NCBI RefSeq assembly: GCF_001194135.2
Contig: NC_068982.1
Location: 75,435,957 to 75,499,956 of the forward strand
Reading direction: 5' to 3'
Origin: Octopus bimaculoides
Lineage: Eukaryota
Length of the DNA: 64,000 bases
Shown here: positions 53,594-64,000 of the stretch, piece by piece
Position numbering within the stretch: position 1 is the stretch's first letter
How the letters are laid out: each line of letters starts with the position of its first letter
Position numbers and translations under genes: made by a program
The notes under the pieces: generated by a model
Seen by the model: the letters and a program-made list of their open reading frames with translations, nothing else
Told to the model about the DNA's origin: nothing
Databases searched by the model: none

Positions 53594-54167
53594 TACACTT
53601 TGTTTAATATTTATATTAATCAAACTGTAACAGTATTATATATTCATTACAGTCATTCTTACCTATCAGTTTCATACTAGATATTAAACCAGATGTTAGA
53701 TAATAGTAATGTTACGTAATACTACATGCTTGTCAGAGCCAGCAGACATGGGGAAAATGTGGCAAGCATATGGTCATACATAACTGTGCTGTTATCTAAC
53801 ATCTAGTTTAATACCCATTAGGAAACAAATTTGTTGTAATGAATATATGATACTGTGTACCCACTCTGCTGATGGATGTACAAGCGCATATTTTTTCTGG
53901 CTTATAGATTTGTTTTATACATATATGTTGGTGTGTGTATGTGTATATGTATATATGTGTCTTTGTGTGTTATTGTCTCCTTGCCTTTACATTGCATGAA
54001 GGCTGCAAGTGTCATACAAGCATTGTCCTTTGTTTCCAGTTTTCTGAGAAAATATGTCTGGCTATGGTGAAATATTACCTCTCTTTGGAAATTTGAATGT
54101 TGGTGACTGGTAGGGCATCTGGTCATGGGAAACCCACCTCAACAAATCCTGTCTGACCCATGCAAAT

Positions 54168-54362
54168 ATGAGGAGGTGCTGAAGAGTTCCTGGTTTTAAG
54201 GGTATCACAAAAGGCTTGGTTGGCGACCCAACTTTTGAGTTCTTTCACAGGGCTTAGAAAAACTGAAGGACTACTGCAATAAGTGTGTGAATCTAAAATT
54301 ATAAGTAACTAATCCTCCTGCATTTTCTTTTAGCCAAAGCCAAGAACTTTGCAGCACCCCAT
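54168..54362. mobile_element. Mariner-type MITE, copy 3 (internal deletion)
   Basis: TIRs gaggaggtgctgaagagttcctgg / ccaagaactttgcagcacccc. Confidence 0.7.
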
Positions 54363-54415
54363 ATATACATTTTCTACTGTAAATTCATTATCATTACATA
54401 AATATTTTACAACAG

Positions 54416-55785
54416 TATATACCCATACTAGATTATCTATAATATACATATATACATCAAAATACACAGATGCATGCACCATGCACATAGTTACATACAT
54501 ATACAGGCATCTATATGTAAGACATAAATATATGCATAAATACACATATACATATATGCATGCAACCATGCATGCACATAAAAATCTCTTGGTGTATACA
54601 TATACAAGTTAGTTATAACAGACAAGAGAGATAGGAAGTATATCTAAAATGTAGGGAGGGGGAAAGAAAAAGAAAAGAAGAACCCTAAACATAACAGCTA
54701 GCGATGACAGCCTTATAGTCACCCATAATTTAAATGGCCATGAATTAGATAAGCTTAGGAAGGTTCTAATTGCTTTCTTCCAAAGGATGGGTTTATGGAT
54801 TACAATGGATACTAACCTTAAAAATGTAGATTTCTTAGATATAAATTTAGATTTACAGTCAGATAAATTCAAACCTTACTGTAAGCCTAATGATAAGCTA
54901 TCTTATATTAGCAAATAATCCAATCATCCGCCAGTTATTCTTAGGAACTTAGTCAGAAATGTAGGTTGATGAATATCATCAATTTCTTCAGATGAGACAG
55001 CATTTCAAAATGCTGCACCTTATTACAATAGTGCATTAAGGAATAGTTGATTCTCTGAGAAGATCCGATATAACCAACTTAATGCTAGCAGTAATGCAAC
55101 ATGTAGAACTAGGACTAGGAGGGTCTTGTGGTTCAACCCAATTTTTAATATGGCTGTAAAAACAAATATAGGTAGGGAATTCTTAAAATTAGTCTCTAGA
55201 CATTTTCAACCTAACCATAAATTTTACAGAATATTTAATAGAAGAACAATTAAGATCAGCTATTCTTTTTGCAGAAACTTCGCCTCTTTCATTAACCAGC
55301 ACAACAACAAGATAACTGCAAATAGCCACAGTGCCAATTCTTTTCCAAAGAATTGCAATTGCAAAGATTGGACTTCCTGTCCGTTTAAGATTTTATTTTT
55401 ATTCCATTTTATTGTATTTTACAAACCCATTTAATCGTTATATTTATAGATAATTCGATATATGGTATTCCATTTTGCATGTCTTTTATCCGATTTTTAT
55501 TATTAACACTTAGCAATTTTTAAAAGAGTTGTTTGTATATATATACGTTAGGACCTAGATATGTTTTTATGTGTATCTCTTGTCTGTTATAACTAACTTG
55601 TATATGTATACACCAAGAGATTTTTATGCATGTGCATGGTTGCGTTCATATATGTATATGTGTATATATGTATTTGTGCATATATTTATGTCTTACATAT
55701 ATACACCTGTATATGTATGTAACTATGTGCATGCATTTGTGTATTTTGATGTATATATAGTATAGATGGTCTAGTATGGGTATAT
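54416..55785. repeat. Long inverted repeat pair (about 215-bp arms: 54416-54633 and 55574-55785) enclosing the Penelope fragment
   Basis: taaaaatctcttggtgtatacatatacaagttagttataacagacaagag vs its reverse complement ctcttgtctgttataactaacttgtatatgtatacaccaagagattttta; the right arm runs into an N-gap. Confidence 0.85.
54700..55385 (+). mobile_element. Penelope-like element fragment (RT C-terminal half to pre-GIY-YIG linker)
   Basis: SDDSLIV (decayed YRDD), TNLKNVDFLDINLDL, KPYCKPND..YI..SNHPP, WFNPIFNMAVKTNIGREFLKLV..HF...FNRRTIKISYS, CNCKDWTSCP; several stops. Confidence 0.88.
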
Positions 55786-56259
55786 NNNNNNNNNNNNNNN
55801 NNNNNNNNNNNNNNNNNNNNNNNNNNNNNNNNNNNNNNNNNNNNNNNNNNNNNNNNNNNNNNNNNNNNNNNNNNNNNNNNNNNNNNNNNNNNNNNNNNNN
55901 NNNNNNNNNNNNNNNNNNNNNNNNNNNNNNNNNNNNNNNNNNNNNNNNNNNNNNNNNNNNNNNNNNNNNNNNNNNNNNNNNNNNNNNNNNNNNNNNNNNN
56001 NNNNNNNNNNNNNNNNNNNNNNNNNNNNNNNNNNNNNNNNNNNNNNNNNNNNNNNNNNNNNNNNNNNNNNNNNNNNNNTTAATTGAAATGACCAATGAAA
56101 CAAATCCATATTTAAAGGTGTATCCTTTAACTAGTTTTGATTATATTGTTATTTCTGTTCCATTTTAACAAAACTGTCTGACAAACGGGAACGTGAAACT
56201 CTGAGTAACATCTTTTGTTATATTTCTGCCGCTTTTAAATAAAGTATATATATATATAT

Positions 56260-56300
<41 letters not shown>

Positions 56301-56909
56301 GGGCTTCTTTCAGTTTCTGTCTACCAAATCCACTCACAAGGCTTTGGTCGGCCTGAGGTTGTAGAGGAAACCACTTGCCCAAGGTGCCACACAATGGGAC
56401 TGAATTCAGAACCAGGTGGTTGGAAAACAAGCTTCTTACCACACAGCCAATGTCTATATATATAAATGAATGAGTCCCCAAGTGTACTATAAAAAGTAAG
56501 AAGTGCTTTCTACAGAGAATGCGTGAGCATTAAATGTGGTTACTCTGTGTATAGAGATAATATTCTTCTCCATTGGTACATATGAATGTGTATACACACA
56601 TGGTATAGGAATTCCACATGCCTGAGTGGAAAACTGAGATACCTATCTCTCTTTCTCAGCCTCTCCTTGCCTCTTTGTATGTGTGTGTGTGATAATATCT
56701 GAGAGCAAGATGAGATGGAATGATATGTAATTTTAAAATATGTCTATACAACACACACATTCACCGTATAACTTTTAGCATACTACTCACATTTTACATA
56801 TTAGAGTGTACAATTTAATTTCTTACATAGGTGCTGATAATGAAAAATACGTACAAATATATAATACCTGAACATGTGAGTGTGTTCTAAAATTGCATTA
56901 CTACTTTAA

Positions 56910-57125
56910 CTCTTTTGTTATTATATCTCAGTTGAAATATGCTGCCTTTATTCCAAATGAATTTGAAATTAATTAGGAATTTTTTAAATATCTTTGTTAT
57001 TATTGAGCTGGTATTTGGAGCATAAATCAACATGAAATTTTAACAGGCACTTTTAATCTACAGCACTTTACAACAGGAAGTTTATATCATGGAACCAATG
57101 GCAGTTTTGGTTGGTATCAAAAGGG
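56910..57125. mobile_element. piggyBac-like MITE (second family)
   Basis: TTAA|ctcttttgtta ... gtatcaaaaggg|TTAA. Confidence 0.6.
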
Positions 57126-58364
57126 TTAAATCACTTTTAAGGATAACAACTAAGCATTTACTGTTGGTATGACTCTATAGTTGATCTTCATAACATATAC
57201 ACATATACATAATGGTGCTCCCTAATGCTAGTATCATGAAAAAAGTACCTAGTTCATGTTGTAGAGGCTGGCATTAGGAAGGGCATCAAGCTGTAGAAGC
57301 CATGCCAAAGCAGACAGTGGCAATGCAGGCTTTGGAACAAATGGATCCTGTCAAACCATCCATACCAGCATGAATGATTGATGTTAAATGATGATGATGA
57401 TGATGATGAAAATAATGGTTATGATGATACACATGCACACATACACGATTATAAATATGTGTTTACATCAAATATATTCTATAGAATCAAAAATACACAC
57501 ACACACATACATGTGTGTGTATAACGATATAGAATATGAAGACTTGTTCATCCTCAAAATTTATTTCTTTGTATTTTACAATTTTATATATAGGCATTAA
57601 ATACTGATTTATGTCATTAGCCACCTGTACATCTTTGTTACATATTTATATTCTGTTCACCTAACTTGGAATCTGCACTTCAGAAATACTATAGAAAGTA
57701 CCTTCATAAAAAGTACATGTCTGAATTACCAAGAGCGGATATCTTCACTTAGCTGGGTTGTGTTGTCTACACAGATGACAAGAATACTAGGTACAAATAC
57801 TCCTACACAGAGTCTTGATATTCAATATTCAAATAATATTGTTGGGGGTGTGCAGGTTATACCAAACTAGTAAGGTGTCTCAATTGAAGTACCTAATTCA
57901 ACTGAATCTTAATTATATATATATATATATATATCGTCATCATCATCATCATCATCATTTAATGTCTGCTTTCCATGCTGGCATGGGTTGGANNNNNNNN
58001 NNNNNNNNNNNNNNNNNNNNNNNNNNNNNNNNNNNNNNNNNNNNNNNNNNNNNNNNNNNNNNNNNNNNNNNNNNNNNNNNNNNNNNNNNNNNNNNNNNNN
58101 NNNNNNNNNNNNNNNNNNNNNNNNNNNNNNNNNNNNNNNNNNNNNNNNNNNNNNNNNNNNNNNNNNNNNNNNNNNNNNNNNNNATGTGCCAGTAAGGCAA
58201 TGCTGGCAACGATCACACTTGAATGGTGCTTTTTACGTGCCATCAGCACAAGAGCCAATCCGTGGCCCTGGCAATGATCATGCTTGGATGTGCTTTTAAC
58301 ATTCCACTGGCATGAGTGCCAATCAGGCGGTACTGTTATTGGCCAATCAGGTGGTACTGTTACT

Positions 58365-60038
58365 TGATTTGATTTCACTTGCCTTAATAGGTCTTTGCAA
58401 GCAAAGTTTATTGTCCAATGAATGAGGAGTATTCATAAGTGGGCTGGTTACACCCACTGGCATAGGCCATGGGCTATGGTTTCACTTGGCTTCTCAGGTC
58501 TTCTTAAGCACAGCATATCTCCAAAGGTCTTGGTCACTAGTCATTGCCTCGGTAAGGCTCAATGTTTGAAGGTCTTGCTTCACTACCTTATCCCAGGTTT
58601 TTCTGGATTTATCTCTTCCACAGGTTCCCTCAACTGCTAGGGTGTGACACATTTTCACACAGCTGTCCTCATTCATTCGCAACACATGACTATACCAGCG
58701 CAGTAGTCTCTCTTGCACACCACATCTGATGCTTCTTAGGTCCAATTTTTCTCTCAAGGTACTTACACTCTGTCAAGTATGCACACTGACATTACACATC
58801 CAGTGGAGCATACTGGCTTCATTCCTTGCAAGCTTATGCATGTCCTCAGCAGTCACAGTCCATGTTTCACTGCTATGTAGCATGGCTGTTCTTACACATG
58901 CGTCATACAGTCTGCCTTTTACTCTGAGCAAGAGGCCTTTTGTCACCAGCAGAGGTAGGAGCTCTTTGAACTTTCCCCAGGCTATCCTTACTCTAGCAGC
59001 TACACTTTCAGAGCATCCATCCCCGCTACTGACTTGGTCCCCTAGATAATGGAAGCTATCAACTACTTGTAGTTTTTCCCCCTGGAATGTGACAGAAGCT
59101 GTTCTCTTCACATTTTCAGTGTTTATAGCACCTGAGCATTTGCTACATACAAAAACTTCCCAGTTAGCCTTCCTTTAATATTGCTGCACCTCTTATGTGT
59201 CCATAGTTTACACTGAGTATATCTCATAGAGTTTCTACCTATACCTTTTCTACAGATTGAGCAGGGCCATCTACCTGAAGGGATTTGTGGTTTGTCTGCC
59301 TTCCTACTTGTTAAGAGTTTGGTTTTAGCTAGGTTGACTTTAAGACCTTTCGATTCTAATCCTTGCTTCCACACCTGAAACTTTTCCTCTAGTTCCAATA
59401 TTGACTCAGCAATTAGAGCAAGGTCATCAACATAGAGGTGCTCCCAGGGGCATCCTGTCTTGAATTCCTCTGTTATTGCCTGGAGCACTATGATGAATAA
59501 GAGGGGGCTGAGGACTGATTCTTGGTGGACCCCTATCCCTACCCAGAATTCTTTACTGTACTTGTTGCCAACCCTTACCTTACTGACAACACCCCAGTAC
59601 ATGGCTTGCACAGCTCTCACTAACCATTCAGCTATCCCTAGTTTCCTCATTGACTACCAGATAAGGGATTGGGGGACCCTGTCAAAGGCTTTCTCCATGT
59701 CAACAAAAGCCAGATACAGAGGTTTATCTTTGGGTAGGTATTCCTCTTGCAGCTGTCTTTCCAGAAATATAGCATCAGTGGTGCTGTTCCCTGGCACGAA
59801 CCCAAACTGCATCTCATCTAGACTAATTCTCTCCCTAATTAGTTGGGCTATGACCCTCTCCGTGACCGTCATTACCTGATCCAACAACTTGATACCTCTG
59901 TAATTATTTGTATCTAAAGCGTCACCTTTACCATTGTAGTAGTTGACTATGGTGCTGCTACACCAGTCATTGGGTATGACTCATTCATGTATCACCTGGT
60001 TAACTGTACAGATGACTAGGCTATAGCCGACACCTCCA
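58365..60038 (-). mobile_element. 5'-truncated RTE LINE: RT domain, PHD-like Cys/His insert, C-terminus, 3' UTR with (AAATC)n tail
   Basis: NYRGIKLL, MQFGFVPGNSTTDAIF, LAFVDMEKAFDRVP, GVHQESVLSPLLF, LYVDDLALI, LKVNLAKTK, VVDSFHYLGD, RLLRWYSHVLRM; several frameshifts and stops. Confidence 0.93.
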
Positions 60039-60039
60039 T

Positions 60040-60124
<85 letters not shown>
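60040..60124. repeat. (CA)n(TA)n microsatellite; comparable long tracts at about 4787-4820 (AAT), 27380-27433, 36268-36318 (CAC), 37335-37428, 49620-49660 (TTA), 53537-53595
   Basis: Direct reading. Confidence 0.95.
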
Positions 60125-60129
<5 letters not shown>

Positions 60130-61123
60130 GCTATTTTATAACATGTATCTATATAGCAGAAATATATAGGACTACAGTTAGATGCCTTCCTTCTTGATAT
60201 CAACACTCACCTGTTTCCATGCAAGCCAATAATCTTTCAGTCTGTTGAACAACGAACAGTCTAGACATGCTTTTGTGCTTGATTACTAACAAACAACACT
60301 ATATGAAATGTGAACTTTTGTTTATAACCAGTGTGCACCCATATTAGGATAAAGAGAATACAAACAGTCACGTGCCCAAACACACACAGACAATTGTCAC
60401 CATCATCATCATTTGAAAGTTCACAATTTCATGCTTGTGTGGAGCAAACTAAATTTGTTGAAGGTTGTTTCTACAACTGAATGCCCTTCCATTTGCCAAC
60501 TCTCATTTGCTTCCAAGCAAGGTAATATTTTCAAATGGTCAGACCATATTTCCACAAAAGTTTGGGAACAAACAACATTGCATGTATGATGGTGATACTC
60601 ATTCACAACTAGTGCACGATGTCAATACACACACACACACATAAGCAAAGGACTTCTTTCCAAATCCTCTCACTAGGATTTGGTCAACCTGGGGCGATAG
60701 TAAGGTACTATGCAGAGGGATGCAACTCAGCTACAAAACCAGGCAGTATATGAAGCTTGCTTCCCAACCACATGGTTTTTAATTCAATTCCACCTGCATG
60801 GCACCTAAGGCAAATGTTTTCTACTATAGCCTCCAGCTGACAAAAGCCTTGTTAGTGGATTTAGAAGATGAAAACTAAAAAAAGCCCATCATGTGTGTGT
60901 GTGTGTTTCCTTGTCTTGACATTGCAAGGTAGTTGTAAAAGAGTGTCATTCATTTTCAGTAATTTGCAAAAACATGTCTGGCCATGGGGAAATAATAATT
61001 ACCTTGCTTGGACACAGGTAAAAATTGGTGTCAGAAAAGGCATATGGTTGTTGGAAAGCTTTTTCTAGAAACTCTGACTGACCTATGCAAGCATGGAAAA
61101 TGACAGTGAAGATGATGATTATG

Positions 61124-61155
<32 letters not shown>

Positions 61156-63758
61156 AAGAAAATGGAATTCCCAAGATTTTTCATTACTCACTACAATCAT
61201 TTTTACCATTGTGCACCAGTACCTCATGGGTGAGATGTACAAACAGTTGTGGTGTATCATAGGTGCAAGCATCTTCCTCACAAGGTACTGGAGCATGGTG
61301 GGTCAAAATGATCATAGTGGATAATAATGAATCTCCTGAATTCCATTTTCTTTTTCTCATATTTTATAAATTATGTACATGAAAGAATTCCTGAAGTAAA
61401 TCCAGTGGCATTTACATCCATACTGTTGATGGTATCAGATAGCTCAATACAGTGAATGGGTTTTAAATGGCATACAACAAGTTGTATACCCAAATTTAAG
61501 ATTACTTTACATAGTCAATTCAAATAAAAAACAAAACAAAAAAAGAACACGAGGACATGCACAAGAAATGTATTAGCTTGACGCTTGGTGAAAGGAGAGA
61601 ATTTGATGTTTCAGGCATAGCTCTTTGTTGGAAAGTAGAAAAAGGGAAAAGTCTGAAGATGGAGAAGACACCTCATCACTATTTCATCTCTCCCCACTTG
61701 CTCCCACTGCTCTCTTCTAAAATGTTTGTAGTCATACTCCTTTACAATAAAAATGCCTATCCTGCACTGGCACCTTCTTTCATATTTACCCCTCATTTTC
61801 TAGTATAAAACTTCCCCTTTGAGGTTGAGTCTTGCAAGCTGCATAACAACCTCATTAGTTATAGTGGCATGAAAAAAAGATGCCTTCCAGTACATTCTCT
61901 AGAGTGGTTGGTATTATAAAGGCCATCCAGCAATAGAAACCATGTCAAAAGCAAACACTAGAGGAGGATGCAATTGTCAGACACATCAGGCTCTGTTAAA
62001 CTCTTCGTGCTCCATACTGGCTTGGGACATGGATGTCAAACGACTCATATAGGCATGGAGAAGCAGACATTATATATGATTTTATATATGCATGATACTC
62101 ACACACATATACCCACTCACACACATACACTATATAATATATATATATATACTTTCACACACATATTTGTACACTTTCACTGATTTGAGTCATTTAACTA
62201 TGGCCATGCTGGGGTTAACTAATCAAATTGACATAGTACTTATTGTTTGCCTATTTTTCTTCAATTGCCTAGTTACAGAGATGTGAACAAATACTGGTTG
62301 TCAAGCCATGACACATAAAGGCAAACTACACACATACACATATTGGTAACGAATTGAAAGAACAAGTACTGAATGCTTAAAGCGAGTCGTTTCGATAGGA
62401 TTTTGTGTTACTTCTTTGGTACCAAAGATTTCCTGTTGACAGAAGTCAACAAATTACAAACAAGATTCAAAACATGAACAACACTCTGCTGTTCAAAATG
62501 ACGATATTGTGAAACGTTAATATCATTGATGTAGTGAATATAGGTATGAATGAAGGGAGATAATCAATTATGAATTATCGTGTTGGTTAATTCCCTTGTG
62601 TAGTACGCGGGCTAAAAACATTTAACTTTGCTTAACTGTCAAAAAAAGTAATTGCTCTGAAATAGGATAAACTAAAATAATAAAATCAAAAAAATAAAAT
62701 GAAAATAATGAAATAGGGAACAGTATAAGATAAGACATAAATAGAACGAAATGAAAGTTAGAATAAATGTGATAAGATCTATGTAGTTTAAAATATGTCT
62801 GTAGTTAGATACAATGATTCTTGTATTGTCTATCCAACATGAAGTTAAATCATGTAACTTTTGTCATCAGAAACATATTAGAAACTGTCCTGTGACGTAG
62901 AAGCAGATGCATACCCTCAGTTACTTATGTCTTGAACCTATTGCTTGACTGGGCATCAACACATATTGCAGCTGACTTGATAGTAACTCACAAGATTATC
63001 CAGGGCAGTGCCTTTTCCATTCGGTCTGCTGAGACCATGAGGTAGTCTGAATTACAGGAAATTGTTCATTCCACTCCTTAATGTAAAGTTACTCTATATA
63101 AATTGCTTTGTTAAATTCTCTTTTCACTAACAACTTTGGCCACCTTTTTGAATTTAATATCTCTATCACTCATAGACCTACTGATGAGATAAAAACAGCA
63201 CAAGCCCCGTGGATTTGGATTGGTAAAATAGAATACCAATTCAGGGCAGTGGATTAGTGGAACCATAAGATTGTTAAACTTGATGCCTTTTGGTATTTGC
63301 TCAGACCCTTTGCATTCCAAGTTCAAACTCCACCATAGCCTACGTGGCTTAAAGACCCAGCCTGTCCCCTGGTTTAACATCACCACTTGGTTTCTTGGTG
63401 ATTAGAAGCCTTATGTAGAGTCATGCACGAGCACTGCCCGAACTAAAAGATATAAAAAGTAGACACATATTATGAAGGTGGGAGGGTCATGGGACAGTAT
63501 GGTATCGTGTTTCTGTACCAGTGTATAAAATATGGTTATGAACTATAAACAAGTTTGTAGTATCTGCCATGTTAGTCTGTTATTAGGGGTTTGATGTGGA
63601 AGCCATAATGAACTATTTGCAATAACATTATTATTTATGAAGTGGAAGGTTCTTCCAAGGATATTCTGTGAAATGTTTATAGATTTCTTGTAATAGGGTG
63701 AGGGTTTTTGTGTGACTCCATTGTGGTGTGTGCGTACGAGTAGATGTAATCGCCTTAC

Positions 63759-64000
63759 CTCGGTTTTCCTTTCCTTGACTGCGAGTCCGTCTTGCGGTAT
63801 CTGATCCTTGAAGCTTGCCCCGACCCAAAGTACACCAGGAATAGCAGCTGCTTCTCCCAGGCCTAGACCGTCGCTTAACACGTCTTGTCCTGACCGCAGC
63901 CCCGTTCGAAAAGCGCACGAATGCCAATCGAGGCTCCCTCTGCCCTTTTTCCCCTTCATGTCAGCCTCCCCAGACACTGACGTCATAGCACACGCCTCCC
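63759..64000 (-). promoter_or_regulatory. GC/CpG-rich candidate promoter and first (leader) exon ending at donor GAG|GTAAGG
   Basis: Abrupt GC- and CpG-rich block in an AT-rich window; palindromic CRE TGACGTCA at 63978-63985; CCAAT at 63924-63928 (plus strand); strong minus-strand donor at 63758; no minus-strand ATG between about 63955 and the donor. The block runs off the window edge. Confidence 0.45.

Larger units (their letters stand above)
10941..58183. other. Assembly gaps: 10941-11080, 15556-16030, 21771-21801, 28196-28205, 29745-30048, 31791-31800, 35100-35526, 55786-56078, 57993-58183
   Basis: Runs of N, mostly adjacent to microsatellites or repeats. Confidence 0.99.

Noticed and set aside
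398-62286. Dozens of track ORFs rich in I/Y/C/V/H/T or X
   Set aside because: They are translations of microsatellites, low-complexity tracts or N-gaps; no domain or splice support.
63543-63986. 147-aa minus-strand ORF as a stand-alone protein gene
   Set aside because: No recognisable motif; it runs from a GC-rich block through a strong splice donor into AT-rich sequence, so it is better explained as an open frame by composition.
1-64000. CRISPR array, prokaryotic operon, or a nested protein-coding host gene in the large intron
   Set aside because: No repeat-spacer array or prokaryotic gene organisation; every recognisable coding remnant in the intron is transposon-derived. Very small or fast-evolving nested exons cannot be excluded by eye.

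Overview
AT-rich, microsatellite- and repeat-saturated animal DNA from a draft assembly, with 9 N-gaps totalling about 1.9 kb. The repeat landscape looks like a coleoid cephalopod, probably Octopus; this is inference from repeat style, not a database match. The only host gene I can support is the 5' part of G-protein beta-5 (GNB5) on the minus strand. It has three coding exons (51331-51214, 7858-7722, 910-869), all with canonical GT-AG junctions, which join in frame to [99 protein letters not shown]; the gene continues left of the window. None of these exons is in the supplied ORF track, and most listed ORFs are microsatellite, N-gap or transposon artefacts. The 43.4-kb and 6.8-kb introns and the upstream region contain decayed RTE, CR1-group, R4/Dong and Penelope retroelements, mariner and Tc1 transposases, hAT, piggyBac-like and mariner MITEs, and at least five SINE-like families. 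The most unusual object is a 470-bp head-to-head palindromic element at 4221-4689, flanked by a 13-bp direct repeat. It is built from a tRNA-like head plus a tail carrying a Penelope-type minimal hammerhead ribozyme motif, and the intact copy lies on the GNB5 sense strand. A GC/CpG-rich block at the right edge (CRE, CCAAT, strong donor) may be a distal GNB5 promoter and leader exon. Repeat boundaries were placed by eye and are approximate (about +/-10-20 nt) unless a junction is quoted.
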